A stretch of 64,000 bases of DNA, taken from assembly GCA_965116905.1 (NCBI GenBank), contig OZ220732.1, forward strand, positions 96,001 through 160,000, written 5' to 3'. A model generated the notes under the pieces. The model was not told where the DNA came from. It saw nothing but the letters and a program-made list of their open reading frames with translations, and made no database searches. Shown here one piece after another: positions 17,924 through 28,829 of this stretch (positions within the stretch are counted from its first letter, which is position 1; each line of letters begins with the position of its first letter). Made by a program: the position numbers and the translations under genes. Source of the DNA: Longimicrobiales bacterium. GTDB lineage: Bacteria; Gemmatimonadota; Gemmatimonadetes; Longimicrobiales; Gaopeijiaceae.

Positions 17924-18724
17924 ATGACCCACATCCACCATGAAACTGTTGTGGCGCCCGGCGCCGCGCCGACCAGGCGACTGCTCGTGCTGCATGGCAT
18001 CTACGGGGCCGGCAGGAACTGGGGCAGCGTCGCGCGGCGGCTCGTCAGGGCGCGGCCCGAGTGGAGCGTGGTGCTGGTGGATCTGCGCTCGCACGGGCGG
18101 TCGCCACGGCTGTCACCGCACACGGTCGAAGCCTGCGCGCGCGACCTGGTGCGGCTGGAGGACGACGTGGGCCGCCGGGCGGATGCCGTGCTGGGACACT
18201 CGTTCGGGGGGAAGGTCGCGCTGGTGTATGCACGGCTGCGGCCCCTTCGCCAACTGTGGGTCGTCGATGCCTCACCCGGAGCGGGCCGGGCCGGTGGCAG
18301 CGCATGGCGGATGCTGGGCGTGCTCAGGCGGCATCCGGGCCCGTTCGGCAGCCGCGCCGAGGCGGTCGCCGCCGTCGAGTCCGAGGGGTTCTCGACCCTC
18401 GTAGCCAAATGGATGGCCACCAACGCCGTGCCGACGGACAACGGGCTGGAGTGGCGCCTCGATGCGGACGAAATGGAGGCCTACCTGCGGGACTACTTCC
18501 GCACGGATGTGTGGGACGTGGCGCTGAACCCGACGGCCGGGACCGATGTCCACTTCGTGAGGGCGCTGGGGTCGCGGGTGCTGGACGAGGTGGCGGTGGC
18601 CCGGATCCGCGAGGCGGTTGGCGACGATCGCCATGTGTGCCTGCACGAGGTGGAGGGCGGGCACTGGGTCAATACCGAGAACCCGGACGCGCTGCACGAG
18701 TTGCTGGTGGCGGGGCTGGACTGA
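17924..18724 (+). CDS. Alpha/beta hydrolase (YbfF/ABHD11-like)
   Basis: LHGIYGAGRNW, DLRSHGRS, GHSFGG nucleophile elbow, GHWV. Confidence 0.9.
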   Translation: MTHIHHETVVAPGAAPTRRLLVLHGIYGAGRNWGSVARRLVRARPEWSVVLVDLRSHGRSPRLSPHTVEACARDLVRLEDDVGRRADAVLGHSFGGKVALVYARLRPLRQLWVVDASPGAGRAGGSAWRMLGVLRRHPGPFGSRAEAVAAVESEGFSTLVAKWMATNAVPTDNGLEWRLDADEMEAYLRDYFRTDVWDVALNPTAGTDVHFVRALGSRVLDEVAVARIREAVGDDRHVCLHEVEGGHWVNTENPDALHELLVAGLD

Positions 18725-18754
18725 AGGCCTACAGCTTCCCGGCGCGGGCTACCG

Positions 18755-18797
18755 CAAAAGCGAGGGCCCCCGCGCCGGCATCGGCGCGGGGGCCCCT
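18755..18797 (-). terminator. Intrinsic terminator hairpin between convergent genes
   Basis: GGGCCCCCGCGCCG-GCAT-CGGCGCGGGGGCCC with a short T-tract on the minus strand. Confidence 0.75.
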
Positions 18798-18845
18798 GAG
18801 TCCCGCGACGACCCGGCTGCCGCCAGGTCATCGCCGCCCTTCAGT

Positions 18846-21611
18846 CTAGTGGAAAATCTGGAACCCGAAGTTGAAGCGGCGCGGCATACCGATGTGCACC
18901 TCCGCGTCGTCGGCCTTGTGACTCAGCCGTCCCGCCTCGCGTTCCGCTGCGCTCCAGTACGCGTTGAAGCGGGAGTTGTCCTGCGCATCCTGGATGAACA
19001 CCCTGTCGAGCACGTTGAGCGCGTGCAGGAAGATCTGCACGTTCCCGCCGAAGGCTGCCGCCATCTCCGCGGGAAGCCTGTACGACATGTGGGCGTCGAA
19101 GATCGTGTACCCCGGAGGACGCCACGACTGGACGCCGGCTTCAGCGTCGGTGGTTCGCGAGAAGGGGTCGAAGTTGGCGTAGTGCTTCCCGTAGGTCCTT
19201 CCGACCAGCCGACCATAGAATCCGCCGCTCGGGAACACTGAGAGCGAGTACGCCACCTGGAACTGGGGTGCGTCGCCCACGTAGAGGTCCTTCACATAGA
19301 AGGTGTAGTCCAGCGTCTCCGACTGCCGGTCCTCGGCGCGGAAGCTGCCCGAGATGTCGTCCGTGTACTTCCAGTCGCCGAAGGACAGGGCACCATCGAA
19401 GCGCATGAAGTCGGATGGTTGGAAAGCGCCCTCCAGTTCAACCCCCATGTGGCGCGCGTCCATTCCGAGCAAGCGGATGATCGCGTGCTCGTTTTCCCCG
19501 AAGAAGTCCCTCGCGAAGCGTGTGCCGGTCCGGTCGTTCCACTGGGTGAAGTAGACGTTTGCGTCGAATGAGAACTGCCGGTTCAGCGAGCGGAATCGCG
19601 TCCCCGCTTCGAACGACGAAAAGGTCTCGTTCTGGGGGTTGGCGAGCAGTACGCCCTCACGGTCGTCGATCACGCCGTCGAAGATCGGAACCTTCGACAC
19701 CAGGCCGACGTTCCCGTACACCGACCACTCGGGGTCGAGATTGCGCTGCGCGCCGCCCTTGACCTGATAGCCGGTCAGGCCGCCGCTGCTCACTTGGTGA
19801 AAGCCGCCGCTGCCGCCGCCCCTGGCGAAGAAGTCGACGAAGTCGTAGGAGATGCGTGAGACACCCGCCATTCCGTAGAACGAACCCGCCAGCGATGACT
19901 TCTCGGCCTGCAGGTGGACGCCGACCCAGTTTACGTCGTTCTCGTTGTGGTAGTTGATCTTGTCGCCCAGGCTGCGGTTGCCCTCCGCTTCGGTCCAGAA
20001 GTCCGAGCTGCACCCACGGAAACAGTCGTTGTAGAACGTGCCGCCCAGCAGGTCGCGCACCTCCCGATAGTGCGCGATCGTGGCAGTCCGCCAATCAACG
20101 CCGAAGTTGGCAACCAACCCGTCGTCGAAGTCCTTCTGGAGCTTGGCGATGGCGCCCCATGTGGTCTGATTGTTGACCGAATTCCGAAGAATGCCGTAGG
20201 ACGCGCCGTCATCGTTTCCGCGGTTCCGCGCGATCGTCGCGTTCCAGTCGGCGACGCGCTGATTGTAGGTGTTGTCCCAGCGCAGCGAGCCGTAGGTGCC
20301 GGTGCCTCCACCACTGCCGCCGGAATAGTACGCGACGGTGTTGGCGGTCAGTCCGTTCCCGAGATACGAGTACCAGTTCAGGTTGACCTGGGGCTTGTGG
20401 AAGTAGTTTTCCCGCTCGTTGAGGAAGTTGCGGTTGTAGCGGCTGGAGACGCCCGCGCCGGGACCGCTGCTGTTGAACTGGCGCCCGTTGTAGCTGGGGT
20501 CCACGCCTGCGACGTTGGGACTCCAGAAGCGCCCGGCCTCGTTGGCGAATCGGGCAAGGCCAGCTGGATCATAGTCACTCAGCGAGGCCGCGAACTCGCG
20601 GTCCAGCGTGGCGATATTCAGCCTGTAGGACCTCTGGCCGTGGCGCTGGGGCGCCCCGAGAGCGTAGAACTCCAGCCGGTTGCGGTCGCTGAACCGGTAT
20701 TGCGACGCGACGTAGAAGGACCATGAGTCCTGCCAGACCCCGTCGATGATGCCGTCGGCGGTCGTGCGAACCCCCGAAGCGGACATCGAGAAATCGCCGA
20801 CCGGCCCCGTTGCGGCGGTCATTGTCGTCTTCAGGAAGTTCCCGCTGCCGAATTCCTGCTTGAAGATGTACCCCGGATTCGCGGGACTCGGGTCGGTGAG
20901 CACGTTCAGCGTGCCGCCGATGGACGGCGTGGCCAGATTGACCGCGCTGAGACCGCGCTGGAGTTGGATGCTGGTGGCGACGTCACCCGCCCCCTGCCAG
21001 TTCGACCAGTAGACCCAGCCGTTCTCCATGTCGTTCACGGGGACGCCGTTGATCATCACGGCGGTGTTGCGCTGGCTGAAGCCCCGCACGTTGATGCGCG
21101 CGTCGCCCGCCCCGCCGCCCTGTGCGGTCGCGTAGACCGACGGGGTGACGTTCAGGACCAGGGGCAGGTCACGCGACCCGAGCTGAGCCTGGATCTCCGC
21201 CTTGGAGACATCCGTGAAGGCCACTGGCGTACGCCGCTCCTCGGCACGTTCTGCAAACACCTCGATGCCGCCCAGCGCCAGCGCCGACGAGGTCATCGCG
21301 AAGTCGGCGACCACGGTGCCGCCGCCTTCTACCGTGAGCAACTGGCTCGCGGACGAGTATCCGATCAGCTCCACCGAAATGGTGTACGAGCCGGCGGGCA
21401 CGCCCACCACGTTGAACCGTCCGCTGTCGTTGGTCAGGCCGCCGTACTGCGCGCCGGTCTGGTCCTGTACCAGCACCACCTGGGCGCTCCCCAGGCCCGA
21501 TCCATCGGAGGTGACCATTCCGGTCACCGTACCGGTCTGCTGGGCGCTCAGCGGCAGCGCCAGAAACAGGGCTGCACCCAGCAGGCATGATGTTGAACGA
21601 AGTAGCTTCAT
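18846..21611 (-). CDS. TonB-dependent receptor with N-terminal carboxypeptidase-regulatory-like domain
   Basis: Start MKLLRS after a GGGAG RBS; plug motif INVRGFSQRNTAVMINGVP; C-terminal beta-signal RRFNFGFQIFH. Confidence 0.92.
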   Translation of the reverse strand: MKLLRSTSCLLGAALFLALPLSAQQTGTVTGMVTSDGSGLGSAQVVLVQDQTGAQYGGLTNDSGRFNVVGVPAGSYTISVELIGYSSASQLLTVEGGGTVVADFAMTSSALALGGIEVFAERAEERRTPVAFTDVSKAEIQAQLGSRDLPLVLNVTPSVYATAQGGGAGDARINVRGFSQRNTAVMINGVPVNDMENGWVYWSNWQGAGDVATSIQLQRGLSAVNLATPSIGGTLNVLTDPSPANPGYIFKQEFGSGNFLKTTMTAATGPVGDFSMSASGVRTTADGIIDGVWQDSWSFYVASQYRFSDRNRLEFYALGAPQRHGQRSYRLNIATLDREFAASLSDYDPAGLARFANEAGRFWSPNVAGVDPSYNGRQFNSSGPGAGVSSRYNRNFLNERENYFHKPQVNLNWYSYLGNGLTANTVAYYSGGSGGGTGTYGSLRWDNTYNQRVADWNATIARNRGNDDGASYGILRNSVNNQTTWGAIAKLQKDFDDGLVANFGVDWRTATIAHYREVRDLLGGTFYNDCFRGCSSDFWTEAEGNRSLGDKINYHNENDVNWVGVHLQAEKSSLAGSFYGMAGVSRISYDFVDFFARGGGSGGFHQVSSGGLTGYQVKGGAQRNLDPEWSVYGNVGLVSKVPIFDGVIDDREGVLLANPQNETFSSFEAGTRFRSLNRQFSFDANVYFTQWNDRTGTRFARDFFGENEHAIIRLLGMDARHMGVELEGAFQPSDFMRFDGALSFGDWKYTDDISGSFRAEDRQSETLDYTFYVKDLYVGDAPQFQVAYSLSVFPSGGFYGRLVGRTYGKHYANFDPFSRTTDAEAGVQSWRPPGYTIFDAHMSYRLPAEMAAAFGGNVQIFLHALNVLDRVFIQDAQDNSRFNAYWSAAEREAGRLSHKADDAEVHIGMPRRFNFGFQIFH

Positions 21612-21961
21612 TCGGATCTCCCTTCTCTCCCAGTTTGTCCCAGGTTCAAGGTGACGGCGGCAACGCCTTTCGCGCCGATTCCCCCGTCCTTCCCGGCGGT
21701 CCCGTGTCCCCTGCCGCCGTGCCCCAGGATGATACCCCGACACCGGAACGGAAGGGTCAAGAGACCGTAACGAAATCGTAACTCCAATTGTTCCACAAAG
21801 TGCGGTCTGCGGGTTCGCGTGACAAGCCCGCGGAGGGTCGGTTGACGAGCTTCGGGCAACCCCGGCCATCCAGCGCTGAGTCGCTCTTTCGAACGGCCGG
21901 ACGGGATCTGGACACGAATCGCGGAACCGCATAGAATCCGTCCGGCAACAAAGGAGGATGG

Positions 21962-22948
21962 ATGATATCCGTGCAAGGGATCACCAAGCGTTACGGCTCC
22001 ATCGTGGCGGTCGACCGGGCCAGTTTCGAGGTGGAGCGAGGGGAAGTGGTGGGCTTCCTGGGACCAAACGGGGCCGGAAAGACCACCACCATGCGCATGC
22101 TGACCGGAACGCTGCAGCCCGACGAGGGCACCATTCGGTTCGACGGCCGGCCGATCTCGGACAACCTGACGGGCGCCAAGGCGCGCGTCGGATACCTGCC
22201 CGAAGCGAATCCCCTCTATGACGACATGCTCGTCTGCGAATTCCTGGAATACGTCGCGCGGCTGCGCGGAATGGACGACGCCGCGGGCCGGACGGGGATC
22301 GAACGGGCGGTGGAGGAGACGGGGCTGGAGGAGGTCTTCTTTCGGCCCATAAGCGAAATCTCGAAGGGGTTCCGGCAGCGCACCGGGATGGCCGGCGCGA
22401 TCCTGCATGAGCCCGAGATCCTCGTCCTGGACGAGCCCACCGAGGGCCTCGACCCCAACCAGCGCGTCGAGATCCGGAAGCTGGTCAGCTCCCTTGGGGG
22501 CGATCGCACGGTCATCCTGAGCACGCACGTCATGCAGGAGGTGGAGGCCACCTGCGACCGGCTGCTGATCATCTCGAAGGGCGCCATCACGGCCGACGGC
22601 ACCGTGGCCGAGCTGATGGACGCCGGACGTGGCATCTCGCGCTACACCGTCGAGGCCGAGGGGGATGGCGTCGCCGAGGCTCTCGAGCAACTGCCCGGTG
22701 TGGCCGACCAGGCGGCCGAGGCCGTCAATGGACGCACGCGCGTCCGTCTCGAGACGACGGGCGATCACGAGCTTCGCCCGGAGATCTTCAGCCTTGCGAC
22801 CGCCCGTGGCTGGGTGCTGTGGGAACTGCACCGCGAACGGGCCACGCTGGAGCAGGTGTTCCGCGAACTGACCATGGACACCGGGGGTGAGCGGGAGCCG
22901 GACGGCGGAGATGAGCGGGAGCCAGGAGAGGAGGGTGGCGAGGAATGA
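21962..22948 (+). CDS. ABC transporter ATP-binding protein (GldA-like)
   Basis: GPNGAGKTT, ISKGFRQR, LDEPTEGLDP, STH. Confidence 0.95.
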   Translation: MISVQGITKRYGSIVAVDRASFEVERGEVVGFLGPNGAGKTTTMRMLTGTLQPDEGTIRFDGRPISDNLTGAKARVGYLPEANPLYDDMLVCEFLEYVARLRGMDDAAGRTGIERAVEETGLEEVFFRPISEISKGFRQRTGMAGAILHEPEILVLDEPTEGLDPNQRVEIRKLVSSLGGDRTVILSTHVMQEVEATCDRLLIISKGAITADGTVAELMDAGRGISRYTVEAEGDGVAEALEQLPGVADQAAEAVNGRTRVRLETTGDHELRPEIFSLATARGWVLWELHRERATLEQVFRELTMDTGGEREPDGGDEREPGEEGGEE

Positions 22949-25320
22949 TGAAGCAGATCGTGCTCGTGGCCCGCAAGGAGCTCCGGAGCTTCTTCGACCA
23001 GCCCATCGCCTATGTCCTGGCGGTGGCTTTCCTGGGTCTGGGGCTGTACATGGCGTTTCGGTCCCTCTATGCGGTGTCGGCGGCCAGCCTGCGGCCGTTC
23101 TTCGACCTGCTCCCGTGGCTGCTCGTGGTGTTCGTTCCCGCCGTGGCGATGAAGAGCCTGGCCGAAGAACGTCGGGGCAGAACGCTGGAATGGCTCCTGG
23201 CGCAGCCGCTGACGGAGACGGAGATCGTCCTGGGCAAATTCCTTGGAAGCTGGCTCTTCATCCTGATCACGTTCGCCGGCACGCTGCCGATGGCGGTCGG
23301 CGTCCTGATGGCTTCCGAGGCGGATCCGGGCATCATGGTCGCGCAGTATGTGGGCGCGTCGCTCCTTGCGGCACAGATGCTGTCGGTGGGGATCTGGGCG
23401 TCGTCCATGACGCGCAACCAGATCACCGCGTTCATCGCCGGGGCGTTCACCTGCTTCATGCTGGTGCTGATCGGGACGCCGATTGTCCAGATCGGCCTGC
23501 CGCGCCTGATCGGGGGGTGGGCGGTCCAGCTCTCGGTGCTGAGCCACTTCGAGAACGTGGCGCGCGGCGTGATCGACCTGCGCGACCTGCTCTACTTCGT
23601 CTCCACCTGCGGGCTGTTCCTGTTGCTGGCGGTCGCGGCGCTCGGCCACGAACGTCTGAGCCGCCAAAGCGAGGCCTTCCGCCGCCTGAGACTCGGGACC
23701 GGCGTCATCGCGCTCGGGGTCCTCGTCCTCAACCTCCTTGGCGGACACGTCCGGGGGCGCCTGGACCTGACCCGGGGCGATCTCTTCACCCTTTCGGAGG
23801 GCAGCCGCGAGATCCTGGGCAGCCTGGACGACGTCGTGAACCTCAGCTTCTTCGTGAGCGACGACCTGCCCCAGGAGATCCAGCTCACGGAGCGCGACGT
23901 GCGCGACCTGATCGCCGACCTCGAGAACGCGTCGAACGACATGCTCGCGGTCTCGGTGGTCAATCCGGACGACGGGGAGGACGCGGCCGACGAGGCGAGT
24001 TCCCTCGGCATCGCACCCATCGAGTTCAATGTCCTCCGTGACGACGAACTGCAGGTGAGGCGCGGCTATTTCGGGCTGGCCGTCACCTACGCCGACGAGC
24101 AGGAGACGATCCCCGTCATCGACCGGGCCGACGACCTCGAGTTCCGGCTTGTGTCGGCGATCGCCAACATGACCATGGACGAACGCCCCACGCTGGCGTT
24201 CATGAGCGGATTCGAGGCAAAGGACCCGTTCTACTACCGGAGCTTCCGCGAGAGCATCGGCGACCGCTACGACGTCACCACCATCGACATCCAGAACGAT
24301 TCGACAGGTGCGCTCACGCCCGATTCCATCGACGTGCTCGTGGTGGCCGCGCCGGCGCAGCCGGTTTCGCCCGATGTGGCGGACGCGATCGACGGCTACC
24401 TGCGGGGCGGGGGCGCGGCGCTACTCTTGATGGAGCGTCACGGGATGAACCCGCAGGCGCCGACATCGATGCCGATCGTCACCGGGCTCGAGGACCTTCT
24501 GGCGGCGCGCGGCGTGGAGGCTTCCGGGGACCTGGTCGTGGACCTGGCGTCGGCCGAACGCGTCTCGATGCGGCAGGGGATCTTCAACGTGATCCGGCCG
24601 TATCCGCTGTGGCCCGTGGCGTTTCGGGGCGACGATCACGCCACCAGCCGCGACCTGGACAACGTCAGCTTCGGCTGGGCCGCGCCCTTCACCTGGGAAG
24701 AGGGGGATCCGGCGGTGACCGCGCTGTGGAACACCACCGAGGGCGGCGCGCGCCAGCCGCCCGGAGGCCTCATCGCGCCGGGGATGGACCTCGGCGTGAC
24801 CGAGGAGGATCTGGGAATTCACACGTTCGCGGTCGCGGTGGATCCGTCGGCGGCGGACGCCGTGGACGCGGAGACCGGCGAGGAGGCGGTGGAGGACGGC
24901 GGGGACGCGGCGGACGGCGGGGACGCGGCGGACGGCGGTGATGCGGAGGCCATCGGTGACGAGGCGGACGCGGACGAATCCGCCGGCCCCATACCGGGAG
25001 GCAGGATCATCGCGGTCGGGGACGGGGATTTCCTGGAAGACCGATTCGTCCAGTCCAACTCGCAAAACCTGGTGTTTGCGGCAAACGCGGTGGATTGGCT
25101 CGCTCAGGACGAAGCGCTGATCGGGATCCGCTCCAAGGACCGCACACCGCCTACCCTCGCGTTCGAGTCCGAGGCCGGGAAGAACGCATTGAAATGGGGG
25201 TCCCTGGTCGGGGTGCCGGTGCTGTTCATGCTGTTCGGCTTCCTGCGCGTCAACGGGCGGACCACGCGGGCCGAACGCCGATGGAACGAGACCGCAGAGG
25301 GGGGTGCCAACGATGAGTGA
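22945..25320 (+). CDS. Fused ABC-2 permease (GldF-like) and GldG-like auxiliary domain
   Basis: EERRGRTLEWLL, HFENVARGVIDLRDLLYF, RLDLT...FTLS, NAVDWLAQDEALIGIRSK. Confidence 0.88.
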   Translation: MMKQIVLVARKELRSFFDQPIAYVLAVAFLGLGLYMAFRSLYAVSAASLRPFFDLLPWLLVVFVPAVAMKSLAEERRGRTLEWLLAQPLTETEIVLGKFLGSWLFILITFAGTLPMAVGVLMASEADPGIMVAQYVGASLLAAQMLSVGIWASSMTRNQITAFIAGAFTCFMLVLIGTPIVQIGLPRLIGGWAVQLSVLSHFENVARGVIDLRDLLYFVSTCGLFLLLAVAALGHERLSRQSEAFRRLRLGTGVIALGVLVLNLLGGHVRGRLDLTRGDLFTLSEGSREILGSLDDVVNLSFFVSDDLPQEIQLTERDVRDLIADLENASNDMLAVSVVNPDDGEDAADEASSLGIAPIEFNVLRDDELQVRRGYFGLAVTYADEQETIPVIDRADDLEFRLVSAIANMTMDERPTLAFMSGFEAKDPFYYRSFRESIGDRYDVTTIDIQNDSTGALTPDSIDVLVVAAPAQPVSPDVADAIDGYLRGGGAALLLMERHGMNPQAPTSMPIVTGLEDLLAARGVEASGDLVVDLASAERVSMRQGIFNVIRPYPLWPVAFRGDDHATSRDLDNVSFGWAAPFTWEEGDPAVTALWNTTEGGARQPPGGLIAPGMDLGVTEEDLGIHTFAVAVDPSAADAVDAETGEEAVEDGGDAADGGDAADGGDAEAIGDEADADESAGPIPGGRIIAVGDGDFLEDRFVQSNSQNLVFAANAVDWLAQDEALIGIRSKDRTPPTLAFESEAGKNALKWGSLVGVPVLFMLFGFLRVNGRTTRAERRWNETAEGGANDE
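24895..24948. repeat. 18-bp tandem repeat x3 (DGGDAA) in an acidic linker
   Basis: GACGGCGGGGACGCGGCG units. Confidence 0.8.
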
Positions 25321-26203
25321 GAAGTCCCTGCGCGCGTCGCTGTACTTCCTCGGCGCGGTCGTGGCACTGTACGTGGTGGCTCGGCTGGCCGGCGGCGCAG
25401 GTGGAGGCGCGACAACGACCGATTCCGACCTCGCGGAGGCTTTCGGGTCCATCGACACGGAGGTCCTTTCGGTCATCGAAATCGCCGGTCCCACGGACGC
25501 GATACGGCTGGAGAGGGCCGGCGATGCGTGGACCGTGAACGGTTTCGAGGCCGACTCGAGCGCCGTTGCCCGTCTTCTGAGGGCGATCGACGAGGTGGAC
25601 GTGGCCGGCGTGGCCGCCACCAACCCGGCGAATCACGCGCGCCTTGGGATCACCGCCGACAGCGCGTGGACACTGACCGCCGACGGTGGCGGCACGGTGC
25701 TCCTGGGGAAGACCGGCAATCGCTTCCGAACCTCGTACGCCCGGCTGCCGGATGCCGACGTGGTCAGCCTGATCGAGGGTGACCTGCGTTCTGCGGCGGC
25801 AAGGCCGCTCTTCGATTGGCGCAACAAGGTGGTGCTGCAGGCGGATACGGCTGCAGTGACGAGTATTCGCGTGAACAGGGACGGCCAGGAGATCCTCTAC
25901 GAGCGGCAGGACTCCGTCTGGACGACGGGCGGCGAGGAGGCCGATCCGACAACGGTTCGCAACATACTCCAGGAGCTGGCCGGGTTGCGCGCAAGCGGTT
26001 TCGCCCCGCAGGATGCCGAGATGCCGGCCGAGCCCGATCGACTTGTACAGGCCATGGACGCGGCGGGGAGCGAGGTCGCCTCAATCGCGCTCGTGGAGGA
26101 GGATGGCAACTTCCGGGTCTCCACGTCGGCAGGCCCCTACATTATCGAGATCCCCCCCTTCCGGGCCGACAGGATCGCTCCCGCGCCGCCGGACGACAGC
26201 TGA
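25313..26203 (+). CDS. DUF4340 domain protein
   Basis: N-terminal TM; duplicated domain with DWRNK; usual third gene of GldA/F/G-like operons. Confidence 0.75.
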   Translation: MSEKSLRASLYFLGAVVALYVVARLAGGAGGGATTTDSDLAEAFGSIDTEVLSVIEIAGPTDAIRLERAGDAWTVNGFEADSSAVARLLRAIDEVDVAGVAATNPANHARLGITADSAWTLTADGGGTVLLGKTGNRFRTSYARLPDADVVSLIEGDLRSAAARPLFDWRNKVVLQADTAAVTSIRVNRDGQEILYERQDSVWTTGGEEADPTTVRNILQELAGLRASGFAPQDAEMPAEPDRLVQAMDAAGSEVASIALVEEDGNFRVSTSAGPYIIEIPPFRADRIAPAPPDDS

Positions 26204-26264
26204 TACAGATGTCCGGCGGTCGTTGCGGGCCGTCGGGCCCGAGGCCGCCAGCAAGGAGCCGAGC

Positions 26265-28043
26265 ATGAGTCAGAGCCCCGCGTATGATGCGATCGTCGTG
26301 GGGTCGGGAGCGGGTGGCGGCATGGCGGCGCTCATTCTGGCGACCTCCGGGCTCCGCGTGCTCCTGCTGGAGGCGGGACGGGACTACGACCCGATCCGCG
26401 AGACCCCGATGTTCCAGTTGCCGAAGGACGCCCCCCTGCGGGCCGCGGGCACGCCGGAGAAGCCCTTCGGTTTCTACGACGCGACGGTGGACGGGGGCTG
26501 GCAGGTCCCGGGCGAGCCCTACTCGGTGGCCGATGGCTCCGAATTCCTGTGGTGGCGCTCGCGCATGCTGGGCGGACGCACCAACCACTGGGGCCGGATC
26601 TCGCTCCGCATGGGCGAATACGACTTCAAGCCGCACTCGCGCGACGGCCTGGGGTTCGACTGGCCGATGGACTACGAGGACCTCGCGCCGTACTACGACA
26701 GGACCGAAGCGCTGATCGGCGTCTACGGGTCGAACGAGGGACTCGAGAACACGCCCAACTCGTCTCCGGGTGTGCTGCAGCCGCCTCCGCGGCCGCGGGC
26801 GTACGAGCTCCTGACCCGCAAGGCGTGCCGCCGCATGGGAATCCCGGTGATTCCGGCCCATCTGGCGATCATGACGCAGACCCAGGACGCGGACCGGCTG
26901 CCGGGCGAGATCTTCCCCGGCAACGACCTGGCCCGGCGCGTGACCGCCGACTCCATGCGGGGGCGCGCCGCGTGCTACTGGGCGACGCCGTGCGGACGCG
27001 GCTGCTCGATCCGCGCCAACTTCCAGTCGACGACCGTCCTGCTGCCCCCCGGGCTCGCCACGGGGAACCTCGAGGTGCGCACGGGAGCGATGGTCCGCGA
27101 GGTCACCGTCGATTCGCAGGGGCGGGCGACCGGGGTCCACTACGTCGACAAGGCCACGCTGCTCGACGAATTCGCCTCGGCGCGCGTCGTCGTGCTTGCC
27201 GCGAGTGCCTGCGAGTCCGCGCGCATCCTGCTCAACTCCACGAGCAGCCTCTTCCCCGATGGCCTGGCCAATTCCTCCGGCCTCGTCGGCAAGTACGTGA
27301 TGGACACTGTGGGCGCGGGCGTGTACGCGCACATCCCCGCGCTGCAGGCGCTGCCCCCGCACAATGAGGACGGCGCGAGCGCGATGCACATGTACATGCC
27401 GTGGTGGCTGTACGGCCAGCAGCTGGCCGGCCAACTCGACTTCCCGCGCGGCTACCACATCGAGTTCGGCGGCGGCCGCCGCATGCCCGGCTACGGGGCC
27501 TTCGCCGGCCTCGAACCCCTCACGGGCGGCAGCTACGGACAGCGCTTCAAGGACGACTGCCGCCGCTATTACGGCAGCTTCCTCTTCTTCGACGGGCGCG
27601 GCGAGATGATCCCGAACGAGGACTGCTACTGCGAGATCGATCCGGACAAGGTCGACCGGTACGGCATACCCGTCCTCAGGTTCCACTGGAAGTGGGCCGA
27701 CCACGAACTCAACCAGGCCCTGCACATGCAGCGCACCTTCGCGGAGATCGTGGACGAGATGGGCGGCCAGCTGCTGACCACGGTGGCGAGCAACGGCGCC
27801 GACGCGATCTCGAGGGGAGGTGAGATCATCCACGAGGTGGGCGGGGCGCGCATGGGTGACGATCCGCGGACGTCGGTGCTGAACGAGTTCGGCCAGTCGT
27901 GGGACGTGCCCAATCTGTTCGTGACGGACGGAGCGCCCTTCGTATCGAACGCGGACAAGAACCCGACGCTGTCGATCATGGCGATCGCGTGGCGCGCCAG
28001 TGACTACATCGTCGAGCAGCTTCGGCAGAGGAGCATCGGATGA
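26265..28043 (+). CDS. GMC-family flavoprotein oxidoreductase
   Basis: AAGGAG RBS; YDAIVVGSGAGGG, GGRTNHWGR, HEVGGARMG, NPTLSIMA. Confidence 0.93.
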   Translation: MSQSPAYDAIVVGSGAGGGMAALILATSGLRVLLLEAGRDYDPIRETPMFQLPKDAPLRAAGTPEKPFGFYDATVDGGWQVPGEPYSVADGSEFLWWRSRMLGGRTNHWGRISLRMGEYDFKPHSRDGLGFDWPMDYEDLAPYYDRTEALIGVYGSNEGLENTPNSSPGVLQPPPRPRAYELLTRKACRRMGIPVIPAHLAIMTQTQDADRLPGEIFPGNDLARRVTADSMRGRAACYWATPCGRGCSIRANFQSTTVLLPPGLATGNLEVRTGAMVREVTVDSQGRATGVHYVDKATLLDEFASARVVVLAASACESARILLNSTSSLFPDGLANSSGLVGKYVMDTVGAGVYAHIPALQALPPHNEDGASAMHMYMPWWLYGQQLAGQLDFPRGYHIEFGGGRRMPGYGAFAGLEPLTGGSYGQRFKDDCRRYYGSFLFFDGRGEMIPNEDCYCEIDPDKVDRYGIPVLRFHWKWADHELNQALHMQRTFAEIVDEMGGQLLTTVASNGADAISRGGEIIHEVGGARMGDDPRTSVLNEFGQSWDVPNLFVTDGAPFVSNADKNPTLSIMAIAWRASDYIVEQLRQRSIG

Positions 28044-28807
28044 GCGAGGATCCAAAGGGCGGTCCAAGGGAGTCCGGCGTCGCGGCTGCCGGCGAGTCGG
28101 CCGCAACAAGGGGCGCGCCGGATCCGGACGCGATTTCGCGCCGCGGTGCGCTCAAGGTCATCGCGGCCACGGCGGCATTGGGCACCGCGGCTTCATGTGC
28201 CCCTGACAACGCGGCCCGGTCTACCGAGTCCGCCCACGAGGCCCTGTCCGGCTTCGAGCCCCTGCCACCGGCCAATCCCCGCGCTGCGGGCACGCCGACC
28301 GATCCGGACATGCTGGCGCCCGTGGTCCCCTGGGACATGGTCCTCACCGACGAGGAGATACGCCAGATCGCTGCACTGGCCGACGTGATCATCCCGGCGG
28401 ACGCGGCATCGCCGGCAGCCAGCGCCGTGGGTGTGCCCGACTACGTCAACGAGTTCGTATCCGCACCCGCCCACACGGAACAGCTGACCCAGCTGCGCGG
28501 CGGCCTGGCCTGGCTCAACCGCACCGCGCGGGAACGCTTCGGCGCCGAGGACTTCCCCGCCCTGGCGGCGGCCCAGAAGCACGAGATCTGCGACGAGATA
28601 TGCTTCGAGCCCGACGCGCCCGAGGAACTCAAGCCCCAGGCGCGCTTCTTCGACGCCTTCCGCGACATGTGCTCGACCGGATTCTGGACCACAGAAGAGG
28701 GGATGCGCGACCTTGGTTACGTGGGCAACATCCCGCTGCCCAGTTTCGACGGGCCGCCGCCCGAAGTGCTGGAACGGCTGGGGTTGGCGGGGGAGGATCT
28801 GGCTTGA
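28040..28807 (+). CDS. Gluconate 2-dehydrogenase subunit 3 family protein (Tat signal)
   Basis: SRRGALK twin-arginine motif; DVIIPAD, GFWTTEEGMRDLGYVGN; ATGA overlap with the GMC gene. Confidence 0.88.
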   Translation: MSEDPKGGPRESGVAAAGESAATRGAPDPDAISRRGALKVIAATAALGTAASCAPDNAARSTESAHEALSGFEPLPPANPRAAGTPTDPDMLAPVVPWDMVLTDEEIRQIAALADVIIPADAASPAASAVGVPDYVNEFVSAPAHTEQLTQLRGGLAWLNRTARERFGAEDFPALAAAQKHEICDEICFEPDAPEELKPQARFFDAFRDMCSTGFWTTEEGMRDLGYVGNIPLPSFDGPPPEVLERLGLAGEDLA

Positions 28808-28829
28808 GGGGCGCCAGCCAACGCTCAAC

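Noticed and set aside
21612..21961. Riboswitch (cobalamin/TPP) or sigma70 promoter upstream of the TonB receptor
   Set aside because: No riboswitch core recognised; the TTGACC...TATCAT spacing is 20 bp and the GTTAC-N6-GTTAC repeat is too short to call. An Rfam scan would settle it.
21962..26203. Gliding-motility system
   Set aside because: GldA/F/G-like ABC modules with DUF4340 are widespread outside Bacteroidota and no other gld/spr genes are present.
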